This document shows positions 1 through 11,700 of a stretch of DNA of 64,000 nucleotides, piece by piece; position 1 is the stretch's first letter, and every line of letters starts with the position of its first letter. The stretch comes from Candidatus Iainarchaeum sp. Its GTDB lineage: Archaea > Iainarchaeota > Iainarchaeia > Iainarchaeales > DTGL01. The notes beneath the pieces were generated by a model that did no database searches, was not told where the DNA came from, and saw only the letters and a program-made list of their open reading frames with translations. Location: positions 32,001 to 96,000 of the forward strand of contig JAOAJX010000003.1 in assembly GCA_026413945.1 (NCBI GenBank), in the 5' to 3' direction. The position numbers and the translations under genes are program-made.

Positions 1-58
1 AAAACAGGAAAAAAGCAAAAACAAATACCATAACAACTGAACCAAAATATTCTTTCAT
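1..58 (-). CDS. N-terminus of a membrane protein running off the window edge (MKEYFGSVVMVFVFAFFLF...)
   Basis: ATG at 58 overlaps the upstream gene's TGA (ATGA coupling); hydrophobic open frame to position 1. Confidence 0.55.
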   Translation of the reverse strand, partial: MKEYFGSVVMVFVFAFFLF

Positions 59-717
59 AACGATACCCAAAAATGGTTGTACAATGCAAGAAAGAGAATT
101 AGGTTATATGTGCCATGCAGCCACATCGCAGAAATAAGGCCTTCCTTTAAGAAATGTTTACCTATTATTGTGCCAACCAAAAAAGTTGCAATTATAATAC
201 CAAAATCTCTATATGATGAAACCACGCCCAGAGTATGCGAAATTCCAAAAGCTATAGAGCTGAATAACAAAGCTGTTGCTGTGGAATGCTTAAAATTGAA
301 AAGCTCAAGTATTTTTTTTGTCTTATCAAGCAAAAACCATCTAAATATAAATTCCTCCAAAATGGGTGCAGTAAGCAATATAATGAATATAGACTTGCTA
401 TCATACCTAAAATCACTTATATTCTCAACCTCTGCGCCAAAAACATAGTAAAAAAATAGGCTTACAATAAATACTACAAAGAAGCAAATTAGCAATGGTC
501 TGCCCATTTTCGAAAAAAAGCCAAATATTTTTAAAGCGGCCTCATTTGAATTTCCTACATTGTTTTTTTCAAATATAAAAATTACTATAAGACTACCCCA
601 AAAACTCAAAAACATTGCAATGCCAAAGTAGCCACCTAAGAATGAGAGATAAAGAAATACAAGGGCTAATAAGAAGAATGTTTTTTGAAAATTGTCAAAC
701 CCTTGCCGATGGCTCAT
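55..717 (-). CDS. CPBP family (CAAX protease/Abi) intramembrane glutamic endopeptidase
   Basis: Multi-TM protein with APILEEFIFR (EExxxR), FGISH and HGTYN motifs. Confidence 0.85.
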   Translation of the reverse strand: MSHRQGFDNFQKTFFLLALVFLYLSFLGGYFGIAMFLSFWGSLIVIFIFEKNNVGNSNEAALKIFGFFSKMGRPLLICFFVVFIVSLFFYYVFGAEVENISDFRYDSKSIFIILLTAPILEEFIFRWFLLDKTKKILELFNFKHSTATALLFSSIAFGISHTLGVVSSYRDFGIIIATFLVGTIIGKHFLKEGLISAMWLHGTYNLILFLALYNHFWVSL

Positions 718-726
718 CAACGATCC

Positions 727-2370
727 CTATAGCTCCATTTCCAGTGCAACTACTGGCACATCTAAGTTGAAGTTTTTCATAACTTCTTTACTAACAACTC
801 CAAAAATTGCACCTTTATTGTCTATTAATGCTCTTGCGCAAAGACCCTTTTCGAAAGATGGGTGTTCTACTTTTTCAACAACAGACTTATAACCCATAGC
901 GCAGCATATTGCATCAAATATTGCTTTAATCTCATTGAAGTCAGCTTTTCTGTGCGAGACTATTACCGAAACAAGCTCTTTTTCTTCAACAAATTCTTCA
1001 TTGCTAGAGCGTTTCTTCAAGGCCACTTTTCCAACTTCAAATATCTTTTGCGGATATTCACGATGCTTATTTTTTGCAAGAACAGATAGTAACTCTGGCA
1101 TTAAGCTTCTCCTAAATATAGAATACTCATTAGATAGTGGGTTTTCAAGCTCAACAATATTTTCTTCTGAAAGTAACATATTTCTGCACTGCCTTTCTTT
1201 TGAGGTCAGTGTGAACGTAAGCACCTCCTGAATTCCAAGACCAATGCAAGCTTCTCTCATGGTTTTTGTATAATTGTGCAAAGGTAATTCAGCTCCTTTT
1301 GAAGGCACTTGTGCTTTCTCTAGCCTTAACTTGTTATAATCAGCAGCTATAAGAATATCTTCAACTATATCAACTGCATGCATTATATCTGCCCGGTACG
1401 AGCAATATTTGAATTCAAAACATTTTTTCTTTGGGCGGCAATACATTCTTTTCATGTTTGCATACTTTTTAATCTCATCTCTCTTGAAATTCAGGCCGGC
1501 TATGTTTTCAATAAGCTCAGTTGAAACAATTATCTTTTTTGGCTCAAGCATTGGCGTAATGATTTGTTTGTCTTTGTACTCAACAGTCACGCTTTCGATT
1601 TTAGCGCCCCTATCGTGTAATGCGGCACAAACTATGTCTAATGCAGTATTTATTACTTTCTGATCAAAACCAGTTACGTCAACGAAAAGATTTCTTGTGT
1701 GAATAGTAACTTTGCCGGAGTATTCTGAATTTATTACCGGTGGCATTGAAAGCACTTCGCCTTTTTCATCTACTAGCAAAGGATACTTTTCAAAACCACT
1801 CAATAATTTACCATATTCCTGCCCTTTTGGGTGCTTTTTGAGGATTTCTTCCAAGCTTAATTCTTCATTAAAATCCAATGGTATGAAACTTGTTTTTGGA
1901 TTTGCAGCATAATACCTTAAATTTCCAGATACTTTATCATAATCAAATAGCCCTATTGCTATCTCTTTTCTTTTTCTGCCAAACGTTTCACATATCTTTT
2001 CCTGAAGCTGGATCATCTGCTTAAGTAAATGTTCTGTAACTTTTACATTTTTTGCAATTGCATATGCCCCTCTAGGTCTTATGTTCAAGAGATTTGGATC
2101 TACTTTAACTTTAACATTGCTTCTTTTAATTTTGAATTTAGGCAAACCTATTTTTATACCATAAAAGCCTTGAAGTTCCCGTACAATACCTTCAACACTA
2201 AGCAGATCTGGTCTATTAGTATCTTTTATCTCTATTTTAAGCAGATCCCCCTGCATATCTTCAATATCTGCCTTTACAAAAGGCATTGCTCTGTCTTTAA
2301 GCTCATCTGCACCAAGCTTTTTACCCAATAACATTTCAAGATCTTTTTTGCTAATCTCTATTGTTGGCAT
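727..2370 (-). CDS. pheT: Phenylalanine--tRNA ligase beta subunit (archaeal type)
   Basis: MPTIEI start, NRPDLLSVEG, B3/B4 region, DIMHAVDIVED, ENPLSNEYSIFR; adjacent to pheS. Confidence 0.95.
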   Translation of the reverse strand: MPTIEISKKDLEMLLGKKLGADELKDRAMPFVKADIEDMQGDLLKIEIKDTNRPDLLSVEGIVRELQGFYGIKIGLPKFKIKRSNVKVKVDPNLLNIRPRGAYAIAKNVKVTEHLLKQMIQLQEKICETFGRKRKEIAIGLFDYDKVSGNLRYYAANPKTSFIPLDFNEELSLEEILKKHPKGQEYGKLLSGFEKYPLLVDEKGEVLSMPPVINSEYSGKVTIHTRNLFVDVTGFDQKVINTALDIVCAALHDRGAKIESVTVEYKDKQIITPMLEPKKIIVSTELIENIAGLNFKRDEIKKYANMKRMYCRPKKKCFEFKYCSYRADIMHAVDIVEDILIAADYNKLRLEKAQVPSKGAELPLHNYTKTMREACIGLGIQEVLTFTLTSKERQCRNMLLSEENIVELENPLSNEYSIFRRSLMPELLSVLAKNKHREYPQKIFEVGKVALKKRSSNEEFVEEKELVSVIVSHRKADFNEIKAIFDAICCAMGYKSVVEKVEHPSFEKGLCARALIDNKGAIFGVVSKEVMKNFNLDVPVVALEMEL

Positions 2371-2371
2371 T

Positions 2372-3829
2372 TCACAACCTCACGATCTCATGGTTTCTGA
2401 GCCAATCAAGATCTGTGCTGAATAAATCTCGCATGTCATCAATCCCAAGCTTAAACATAGCTAACCTATCAATTCCAAGACCCCACGCAAGCACATTACA
2501 TTTTATTCCTAAAGGCCTTACCACTTCAGGCCTAAAAAGGCCGGCACCACCAAACTCAATCCATCCAAGTATAGGGTGCCTTGCTGATAACTCAACACTT
2601 GGCTCAGTGAAAGGATAATAATCTGGCTTGAATCTTACTTCGCTAGCTCCGGCTATTTCCTCCGCAAACTCTTTAAGTATTCCAAGCAGATGCCTGAAAC
2701 TAAGATTAGCAACTATTATGCCTTCAAGCTGGTTGAATTCCATCAAGTGTGTTTTGTCTATTTTATCAGGCCTATAGCATCTCGCTATAGCGAAGTATTT
2801 TTGTGGAATTTCAACACCTTTTACCATTTGCCTTGCGCTATGTGCAGTACCATGTGCTGCTGGCATTAAACGCATCGCGAGTTCAGCATTCCATCTATAG
2901 CCCCAACCAATGCTGCCTGTGCTGGCACCATTTTCATGTGCTTCCTTGATTGCTTCCACTATTTCAGGAGCCGGAAGTTTTCCATATCTTGGACTTTTAA
3001 GGCGAAAAGTGCTAGCCCAATCCCTTGCCGGATGATTTTGTGGCTGAAAAAGCACGTCAAAGTTGTAAAATTCTTCCACTATTAGTGGGCTTTCCATCTC
3101 CTTAAAACCCATTGCAACAAGCTTAGACCTTACTTCATCAAGAAATCTTGCATATGGCTGTTTCTTGCCTAAAAAAATCCTTTGGACTGCAACATTTAGA
3201 TTATATTCTCTCACATCAACTTTCTTTGAGATTTCAAGTGCCTTTAAACCTCTTTCATTTATTTTTGCACACAAAATCGCTTTATTTTTCCTTTCCAAAA
3301 GGCCTCTTTTTAAGGCATCTGCAAACTCAAAGCTATTTTCATCAACTTTAAAACCACTTTTTATATCATTCAAAAGCAGCTTTGTTTTGTCACTTGCAAA
3401 AAAGCTGCTTTCAATTCCTGTTAGCACTATATTTTTCTCTTCATCAAGTACAACAATACTGTTGCGCTTTGCTTTTCCGAATGCAGCATCAAACTCAATC
3501 TTGCTTAAGCCACTCTCTTTAAGCAAAGAACCAAAATTAGCTTTTCCACCCAGTTTTTTGAGCGCTTCTATAAGCTTTTCTTCTGGCAATCCTTCTGAAA
3601 GCGCTTTAATGCCTTTTTCAGTAAGCGCTGGTTGTTTCTCCTCCATCTTTTCAAGCTCAACAAGTCCTTTTTCGCTCAGCCATGCAATAGCTCTCCTCAC
3701 AGAATCGATGTTCAGCGAAGCTCTTTCAGCAATCTGATACTCATCAGATAAGTCGCCTTCTTTTAGTGCCTCAAGTGTGCTGACTTCTATTTTGCTTAGC
3801 GCTTTTGCAATATCTTCAATGTTTTTCAT
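2372..3829 (-). CDS. pheS: Phenylalanine--tRNA ligase alpha subunit
   Basis: FYNFDVLFQPQNHPARD, HLMEFNQLEG, YYPFTEPS, GLGIDRLAM; likely start ATG 3829. Confidence 0.96.
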   Translation of the reverse strand: MKNIEDIAKALSKIEVSTLEALKEGDLSDEYQIAERASLNIDSVRRAIAWLSEKGLVELEKMEEKQPALTEKGIKALSEGLPEEKLIEALKKLGGKANFGSLLKESGLSKIEFDAAFGKAKRNSIVVLDEEKNIVLTGIESSFFASDKTKLLLNDIKSGFKVDENSFEFADALKRGLLERKNKAILCAKINERGLKALEISKKVDVREYNLNVAVQRIFLGKKQPYARFLDEVRSKLVAMGFKEMESPLIVEEFYNFDVLFQPQNHPARDWASTFRLKSPRYGKLPAPEIVEAIKEAHENGASTGSIGWGYRWNAELAMRLMPAAHGTAHSARQMVKGVEIPQKYFAIARCYRPDKIDKTHLMEFNQLEGIIVANLSFRHLLGILKEFAEEIAGASEVRFKPDYYPFTEPSVELSARHPILGWIEFGGAGLFRPEVVRPLGIKCNVLAWGLGIDRLAMFKLGIDDMRDLFSTDLDWLRNHEIVRL

Positions 3830-3960
3830 GTTAAACCAACACACAACACTCAAATGTTGCTTTCACATATATCTAAACGATTGAATGTTTATAATCTTTT
3901 TCTGTCAGTAGAAAACATTTAAAAGCAGAAAATATGGTGCCCTATGCATTAGCTAGTTTT

Positions 3961-5880
3961 CTAAGTTGCAGTAACTTTTCCTTTTATTCCTTTGGCTATC
4001 TCTATCTTTGGGAGGCCAACTATCATTTTTCTTAGCGAACTCATAAGCTTTTTCTTCGCACCTGTTTTTACGAGTGCGTTTTCAAGAACATCGTTAAGGG
4101 TTAAAACAGGTATTACTTTTATTTTCTTTAAATCTTCTTGTGGTATTACAATATCGGCAAGGTTTGCCTTAGGTATTATAACTTCCTTGAAACCAGCTTT
4201 TATGGCTGCTTCAATTTTTGGTGTTATGCCACCCACTGGAAGAACTTCGCCACGAACTGATAAGGAGCCAGTCATTGCTAGACCTTGCTTAACTGGTATC
4301 CCCTCGAGCGCAGAGATGACTGCTGTCGCAACACTCACAGAAGCAGAATCACCTTCTACACCTTCATATGTCTGTATGAACTGTATGTGCAAATCATGTT
4401 TGCTTATGTCTTTGCCACTTACTTTTTTAATTATCGCTGAGACATTTTGGACAGCTTCTCTAGCAATTTCTCCAAGCTTTCCTGTTGCTATTATCTTGCC
4501 CTCTTCCTTCGAAGCCGCGGGTGCTATCTCTGCTTCTATTGGCAATACAAGGCCAGCGGAACCGTCTGGGCTAACCGCTAATCCATTCACCCGGCCCACT
4601 GCAAAACCACCAGTTATATATACCTCATAGTCTTTGCGGAACTCTATCAACTTCTCCATTATCTGCTGTTCGAGGGTTACCGCGGAATTCTTTGCTTCAA
4701 TTATATCTGATTTTTCAACAAATTCTTTGCCTTTGCTTTTGGCAATGTCACCAGCTGCCCTAACTAAACCTCCAAGATCTCTAAGTTTCAAAGTAAGTCT
4801 ATCTTTCCTGTGTGCTCTCTTCTTAGCTTCAAGTATTATTTCCTCAACAGCTTCTCTAGTGAAATGAGGTATCTTTCTATCTTTCTTAATCTCCTGAGCA
4901 ACAAACCTTACAAGCTTTGCTCTGTTTTCTGGTGTATCAGGCATGTCAAGGTTTAGGTAAATCTCATATCCATAGCCCCTTATTCTTGATCTAAGCGCAG
5001 GATGTACTCTTGCTAAATCTTCATAGTTGCCAGCTGCTACAAGAACAAAATCACAAGGCACAGGATCTGTTCTAACCATTGATCCAGAGCTTAACTCGCT
5101 TTGCCCTGTTATCGCATATTTTTTCTCTTGCATAGCAGTTAGCAATTCCTGCTGTGACTTCATCGAAAGTGAGGCAATTTCATCTATAAAAAGCACACCT
5201 TTATGTGTTCTATGAATCATGCCTGGCTCCACGCGAAGATGTGCAGGCGTTCCTAAGCCACCGCTTTGCAATGGATCATGCCTCACGTCTCCAAGCAATG
5301 CGCCTGCTTTTGCGCCTGTTGCTTCTATGAAAGGCGCCATTGTTTTTCCAGAGTTATCAATTAGAAGCTTTGGTGTTGTTATTGCTTCCCTTGATTTCAT
5401 CTGGGAGCTTAAAGCAGCAGCTATAAGGATAAAACCACCCAGAATCAATAATGCCGCATAAACAACATCAGGTATCCACTTAAGCTGCCATATTACAAAG
5501 CTGAAAATAAACCAAAGCAGTGGCAGAAGCAAAGAAAAAAGGCGCATTGAACTATCAGCTCGCATTGCCTCTATGCGCTCTTCATTGACAATTTCCTTGC
5601 CTTGGCCAGCCTTTACAACTCTTATTTTTGGGTTATTGGAGTCAACAGGATTTGGGTAAACGAGTATATCTTCAAGCTGCTCTACAGGCATTATTTCAGC
5701 CATTGCTTGCGCAAGCATGCTTTTTCCAGTGCCAGGTTGACCTATGAGCAACACATTTCTGCGCTGTGCCGCAGCTTTTTTTATGATTTCTACTGCTTTC
5801 TCTTGCCCTATGACTTGCTCATAAAGATTATCTGGCACAGGTATTTCTGCCGTAGTCTTGTAGTTTTCAGGAATCTCCAT
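3961..5880 (-). CDS. lonB: Archaeal membrane-anchored ATP-dependent Lon protease
   Basis: Walker A GQPGTGKS, two TM segments inside the AAA domain, Walker B LFIDE, catalytic EGDSAS and PVGG..PK; no intein. Confidence 0.96.
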   Translation of the reverse strand: MEIPENYKTTAEIPVPDNLYEQVIGQEKAVEIIKKAAAQRRNVLLIGQPGTGKSMLAQAMAEIMPVEQLEDILVYPNPVDSNNPKIRVVKAGQGKEIVNEERIEAMRADSSMRLFSLLLPLLWFIFSFVIWQLKWIPDVVYAALLILGGFILIAAALSSQMKSREAITTPKLLIDNSGKTMAPFIEATGAKAGALLGDVRHDPLQSGGLGTPAHLRVEPGMIHRTHKGVLFIDEIASLSMKSQQELLTAMQEKKYAITGQSELSSGSMVRTDPVPCDFVLVAAGNYEDLARVHPALRSRIRGYGYEIYLNLDMPDTPENRAKLVRFVAQEIKKDRKIPHFTREAVEEIILEAKKRAHRKDRLTLKLRDLGGLVRAAGDIAKSKGKEFVEKSDIIEAKNSAVTLEQQIMEKLIEFRKDYEVYITGGFAVGRVNGLAVSPDGSAGLVLPIEAEIAPAASKEEGKIIATGKLGEIAREAVQNVSAIIKKVSGKDISKHDLHIQFIQTYEGVEGDSASVSVATAVISALEGIPVKQGLAMTGSLSVRGEVLPVGGITPKIEAAIKAGFKEVIIPKANLADIVIPQEDLKKIKVIPVLTLNDVLENALVKTGAKKKLMSSLRKMIVGLPKIEIAKGIKGKVTAT

Positions 5881-5949
5881 AGAGAATCAAACTCGTAATA
5901 CATTTTAGTATTGAAAAGTTAAAAAGGTTATCATTATGCAACTTTTTAA

Positions 5950-7005
5950 ATGAGGCAAAGGTTTTTTTCGGCACAAAAAAACTATGGGAGACATAGCTTT
6001 GATCTAGCAAGAAAAAAATTTTCCAAAGATTGTTTATGTTGGCCAAGCCACGAAGCTTTAGAGCAAGCAACTCCTGAGCAAATCGCATTTTATAGGGCTT
6101 CAAGGCTTAAATGCGATGTTGCAGTTGATTTATGCTGTGGCATAGGCATGGATTCAATTGCTCTTGCAAAATACTGCAAAAAAGTCTATGCTGTTGATAT
6201 TGATAATAAAGCTTTGATTTGCGCTAAAAATAATGCAAAATGCTGTGGTGTTGAAAATATAGAATTCATCCATGCCGATTGCTTTTCTCTAAATTTGAGA
6301 AAACTTAATGCTGATATCGTATTTGCTGATCCTTCGAGGCGTCTTGCAGGAAGGCGTGTAAAAAACCTCATGGAGACAAAACCAAGTGTAACTGAGTTAG
6401 TGAGATTCATAAATAAGCAGCGAATAAATGATTTTTGCATAGAGGTTTCGAGAGAGCTTGAGCCGGAAGAAATACCTTATGATTGCGAGATTGAATACAT
6501 TTCTTTGAACAAGGAGCTTAACTGTGCAACACTTTACTTCGGTGCTTTGGCAAAATGCAAGCGCTCTGCTGTTTTGCTTCCTTCGCAAAAATGTTTATCC
6601 TCTGATTCAAAATTAAAGGAAAAAGCTGTTTTTCGTGAAGCACCAGACGAGTTCATTTATAGAATTGATGAAGGCATCATTAAAGCAGGCCTTTGGAAAG
6701 AACTTCTAAAAGCTCTTGAAGTAAAAGCAAACCTTATCTCAGAGAATTATGCCACTTCAGGGAAATTCGTTCAAAGCGATTTTTTCAATAGCTCTTTTAG
6801 GGTATTGAGAAAAACAAGTGCAAAATTTCTTGTTTCTGAGCTAAACTCATTAAATGCTGGAAAGGCAGTATTCCACGGAAGGTTTTTGCCAGAGCTTCAT
6901 GCACTATTGAAAGAAGATATGAAATCAAAGCTAAAAGGCACAAAAAAACTTCATGTGCTTTGTTTTAACAAAGACAATTATTTTCTCTGTGAAAAGCTTT
7001 ATTAA
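5950..7005 (+). CDS. Class I SAM-dependent methyltransferase with C-terminal THUMP-like region (probable RNA methyltransferase)
   Basis: EQATPEQIAFYRA, VDLCCGIGMDS, AVDID, FADPSRR motifs. Confidence 0.8.
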   Translation: MRQRFFSAQKNYGRHSFDLARKKFSKDCLCWPSHEALEQATPEQIAFYRASRLKCDVAVDLCCGIGMDSIALAKYCKKVYAVDIDNKALICAKNNAKCCGVENIEFIHADCFSLNLRKLNADIVFADPSRRLAGRRVKNLMETKPSVTELVRFINKQRINDFCIEVSRELEPEEIPYDCEIEYISLNKELNCATLYFGALAKCKRSAVLLPSQKCLSSDSKLKEKAVFREAPDEFIYRIDEGIIKAGLWKELLKALEVKANLISENYATSGKFVQSDFFNSSFRVLRKTSAKFLVSELNSLNAGKAVFHGRFLPELHALLKEDMKSKLKGTKKLHVLCFNKDNYFLCEKLY

Positions 7006-7074
7006 ATTCAAAAGAAAGACGAATTGTTTTCTGAAAACAAAAGGTTAAAGTATTAACTTTGCATAACTGTTTTA

Positions 7075-8016
7075 ATGGAGCTAAAAATATTTTTTCTCGG
7101 TTCAGGTTGCTCTGCACCCACAAAAGCTAGAAACCTGACAAGCATAGCTATGCAATATTCTGGCAAGGTTTTTCTTTTTGATTGTGCAGAAGGCACACAA
7201 CAACAGATGATGCGTGCCAATGTAAGCTACATGAAATTGGATAGCATATTTTTTAGTCATTTTCATGCAGACCACTTTTTAGGCCTTCCAGGGCTTTTAG
7301 CAACGATGACTATGTATGAGCGCGACATGCCTCTAAACATCTATGGGCCCAAAAGCGTTGAAAAAAAGGTTGCGCTTGCAATAGAAATTGCAGGCATAAT
7401 GCCATGCTTTAAAATAAATACTTTTGAAATAAAGAAAGGTTTTTTGCTCAGAGGCGATAATTTTACAATAAGCGCCTTTCCACTAAAGCACAACACTTCT
7501 TGTTATGGCTTCACTTTTAAAGAAAACGATAAAATAGCAGAGTTTGTAAAGGAAAAAGCCATTGCTTTGGGTATTCCCGAAGGGCCTTTGTTTGCCAAAT
7601 TACAGCATGGTGAAGCAGTGAAATTTGGCTCAAAAACAATTAAGCCGGAAGAAGTTCTTGATTACTCAAAAGGCCGCCGAGGAAGAAAGGTAAGCATTGT
7701 GCTTGATACAAGGCCTCACGAGTCATATATTGAGAATATTGCTGCTAGCGATATTCTTATACATGAGTCAGTTTTTGCAAGCATCGATATGGATCGCGCT
7801 CTAGATACAGCACATAGCACTGCTTTAGAGGTTGCAGAATTGGCAAATAAGGCGAAATGCAAAAAGCTTTACCTTACGCATTTCTCAACAAGATATGAAA
7901 AGCTTGATGCTTTGCTTAAAGAAGCACGCGAAGTTTTTCCCGAAACCCACATTGGTAAAGATCTCCTCATAGTGAATTTGCCTCTTAACCCAAAAGAGCG
8001 AGTAGTTGATAACTGA
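7075..8016 (+). CDS. rnz: Ribonuclease Z
   Basis: FLGSGCSAPT, DCAEGTQ, HFHADH, exosite GIPEGP, HST, HFSTRY. Confidence 0.95.
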   Translation: MELKIFFLGSGCSAPTKARNLTSIAMQYSGKVFLFDCAEGTQQQMMRANVSYMKLDSIFFSHFHADHFLGLPGLLATMTMYERDMPLNIYGPKSVEKKVALAIEIAGIMPCFKINTFEIKKGFLLRGDNFTISAFPLKHNTSCYGFTFKENDKIAEFVKEKAIALGIPEGPLFAKLQHGEAVKFGSKTIKPEEVLDYSKGRRGRKVSIVLDTRPHESYIENIAASDILIHESVFASIDMDRALDTAHSTALEVAELANKAKCKKLYLTHFSTRYEKLDALLKEAREVFPETHIGKDLLIVNLPLNPKERVVDN

Positions 8017-8702
8017 TGCTAGCCGTGATTCTCGCAGGTGGCAAAGGCATTCGCATGATGCCTTTAACCAAGGACAAACCAAAGGCTATGATTGCCTTTA
8101 AAGGCAAGCCGATCCTTGAGCATCTTCTGGATGCATTGGTTTTTGCTGGCATTAATAGTTTTGTTATTGTTGTTGGCTATAAGAAGGAAAAAATAATTGG
8201 GTATTTCGGCAACAAATATAAAGGCATACCAATAAGGTATGTTGCGCAAAAAAAGCCTCTTGGTACTGCTCACGCCCTTCTTCAAGCAAAGAAGTTGGCT
8301 GAAGATAAAGAAAATTTTATTGTTTGCAATGCTGATGTCATTCCTTCAGTGAATGACATAAAGAGAATGTTGATAGCCAAGAGTAAAAATATATTGGCTA
8401 TAAGGCAAGAAGATCATCCTGAGAATTTTGGCGTTGTTAGTTTTAATGGAAACAAAGTGGTTTCTATAGCTGAAAAACCAAAGGAAGCAAAAAGCCCTTC
8501 TTATGTAAATGTTGGCCTCTATAAATTTTCACCAGAAATCTTCGAGATTATCCCCAAGCTTAAAAAGAGCAGGCGCAATGAATATGAGCTTACAGATGCG
8601 CTTAAGGAACTCATTGCAAGAAAAAAGCTTAAATGCTTGAAGATGAAAAATAGGGTTATAGATATAAGCAAAATAGAAGATTTGAATAAATGGGGTGTGT
8701 GA
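8016..8702 (+). CDS. Sugar-phosphate nucleotidyltransferase (RmlA/GlmU N-terminal-like)
   Basis: ILAGGKGIRMMPLT..PK, QKKPLGTAHA, EYELTDA. Confidence 0.9.
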   Translation: MLAVILAGGKGIRMMPLTKDKPKAMIAFKGKPILEHLLDALVFAGINSFVIVVGYKKEKIIGYFGNKYKGIPIRYVAQKKPLGTAHALLQAKKLAEDKENFIVCNADVIPSVNDIKRMLIAKSKNILAIRQEDHPENFGVVSFNGNKVVSIAEKPKEAKSPSYVNVGLYKFSPEIFEIIPKLKKSRRNEYELTDALKELIARKKLKCLKMKNRVIDISKIEDLNKWGV

Positions 8703-8718
8703 ATTAAAAATCGCTTTT

Positions 8719-11700
8719 TTAATTTGCTCCTGTACCTGTTCTGCGATGCCAAAACCTCAAATAATCTTTGTTTCTTATCTTGTGTTCTAATGCTTTAAGC
8801 TTTCTTTCAGCAGCCTCATATTTCTCCTTAAACTCTCTTTCTGACAGATGCCTCTTGAAATACTCTGCCTTCGTCTTCTTCATAAAGGCAACAATGCTTT
8901 GCTTTTCAGCAACAAGCTTTGCTTTAGCGTCTTTAATCTTGAATGCAACTCTTGTAACCAAATAAAAGCCAATGGCAATGAGAAGCACAGCCAAAAGCAA
9001 AGAACCAATCTCAAAGGCACCAGGAACCCAGCTAAGCTTCACAAATAATTCTCCCGAGCCTTTAAGTGGTGACTCAATGCTGACAACAATATTGTGGGCA
9101 TTAAAGTCAAGAGGTCTTTCAAGCTCGGCAACATAAAGACCGTTATCTCTTCTAAAAACAGCATCTCTCTGCACACCATCAATGGTGATTTTTCCCTTAA
9201 GTTCGCTCCAACCTATTTTGGCACCGTCGGCATATGAAACTTCAATAACTATTTTCTCAGGTCTAAAGCTAAAGCCCGAGTTCTGCTTGCTCGGGCTTAT
9301 AAAGTCAATCTTTAAAGTAGAAACAACATGGAACCTATGCGTGAGCAAATCAACCGCATTTCTATCATTTGCATAAGCGTAAAACTCACAGTCAAGCACA
9401 TTCCCAGAGAAATCAGCAGGCAGCAAAATAACATAAGAATGCAAATCATTGTCTTGGTCATATTTCATGATCTCATCAATGGTGCTTTTGCTGTTAGAGC
9501 ACTTTATGCTTATTGTGCCTTTCAAATATTTTGCTGAACCAATCTTTAGAATTATTTTCTCTTCTCTTAGCAAATAGAGCTTTTCAGGCAAGGCAAATGG
9601 CTCAATATAAAAGTCGGGGTTTCTTGGCTCAACCTTAATCGGAACAATATCATTTGCTTCATTTCCAAATACATCATTGCCAAAAACATGAATGCTTAAG
9701 CCGTTTATATCCTTAAAAGAAACCTTATGGTTAATTTCAACAGAGGCAGAGTTTCTGAAAAGGTTAAAATCAAGAACTTTAGAAAAGGAACTTCCAACAA
9801 GCTTTGCCCTCAAATAGCTTATTGGATACTCTGCCTTGGAGCCTTCAATTGCAAATGCTAATGCGCCATTGGCAATAGAATCACCAATATAAAATGTCTT
9901 TCTGCCAAAGCCACTCACTGTTTTTAGCTTGCAAGGCTCAAACCTAACAAGAAAAACCCTGCTGTAATGCTTCGGCCTTCCATTTTCAGGGACAATTAGC
10001 TTCAAAGAAATAAATTCAGCATTTTTGACAGCGCATTTCTGTGGAACAAATGTAGCAGTTACTATTCCATCTTTTAATACTCCGCCTATATTTTGGCTTC
10101 CGAAGTAAACATTAGCATAAGAACCTTTTAGCTCATTGCCATTTGCATCTCTTAAGCTAATCTTTATCTGAAACTTATCGCTCTTGTTTAAAACACCTTT
10201 GGGCTCCAAAAGCACAAAAGAGATAAGAGATTTTCGAACATTAATAGAAACAACCTTATCGCCTATGATTTCATTGCTGACAGGCTCATACAATGAAAGC
10301 TTTACTTCAAATTCACCCTCCTTCGCAAAAGAATAGTAGGCTTCAATCTGCTTTACTCCCAAAAAGCCTTTTTCAGAGTCTTCAATAAAACCATCCACAG
10401 CAACCCCATCTCCAAAATCCCATACATAGCGCTTTCCAGAGCCACCGACAATTGTTGCAACAAATTTCAACAGCTCTCCTTCTTCTACGGAATAAGTGTA
10501 AGGTTCAATAGTCTCATCTGGCATCACCTTAAATACCTCAATCTTCACAATGCTAGGCTTTGCTGACGAAAGCGTATAAAACTCTCCCGAAAGCCCAGCG
10601 CTTTCCTTTCCTGATGAGCATTTTATCTCAAACACGTATCTTTTGTTTGGCTCAAGCCCAAGCAAGTTAGTTTCATGCATGAGCCCAGCCTTCGAATTCG
10701 CCATTGCTATGCTCAAAGCCATGTCAATTCCATAGGAAAACTGGCAATTTGCCTCAATGCTAGTAGACCAGCTAATAAGCGCAGAGTCATAGCTGCTCCA
10801 AACATTCTGGAGCTTAATGCCGAGCAAAGAGCCAATCGTTGAGAATTCACCATCAAATGAAATAGTTTTTCCAAACGCAGAAGCAACTATCTTATAATAA
10901 TATGTAGTTCCTGAATCAAGCTTTGAAAGCAAAATATCATGCAATAAACCAGAGCTCTTCACTGAGCTTCCTAAAGAGCCTTTGGCAGTGCCATAATAAA
11001 GCATAACCTCCGCATTTGTGCCTGTTTCAAATGCAATCTTTGCCGAATTCTGTGTAATATCCTTAACTTTGACATTTCTTATTGCAAAGATCTGATCTGC
11101 ATTTGAAACAGTAAACCTGATAAACTTTCCAAGCTCTTCATTGCCAGCATTATCAACAGAATAAAATCCAATCTCATGTGTGCCTTCTGCAGAGATAACA
11201 ATCTTCTCAGAATAGACACGAACGCTGCTGCCATCAACAGAATACCTTATTTCCTTGCAACCAGAGCCCTCATCAGTGCATGAAAGCGTAATCTCTGCTT
11301 TTCCCTGAACAATGCTTCCACTGCTAGGACCTAAATAAGAAGTGGTTGGGGCTTTACCGTCAACTCTAAGAAACACAGCGCCAACATTACCTTTGTTATT
11401 AGCAGAATCCTCAGAATAATACCTTATGTAAAAGGAGCATATGAATTCGGGGCAATCATTCGCTCTAATAGAAAAATAGTTTCCTCTTTTTTCAGGAGTG
11501 CAAGTATTGGCCTTATCATAACAATAATAAGTAGCAGCGCAGCCAGACTCGTCTACACAACTAAGCTCCACACCCACCGGAATTTTATACCATAGTGAGG
11601 GATTTATGTTTATTGTAGTGATTGGCGGATTTTTGTCAGTATTAGCGCCACCTGAAGGGCGAGTATTAGTGTCTCGCGTGGTAGTGCCTGGAGTGGGAGT

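Noticed and set aside
3165-5898. Long antisense ORFs opposite pheS and lonB (similar ones opposite ppsA and ftsZ)
   Set aside because: Shadow frames of conserved genes; Ser/Phe/Ile-rich with no recognisable motifs
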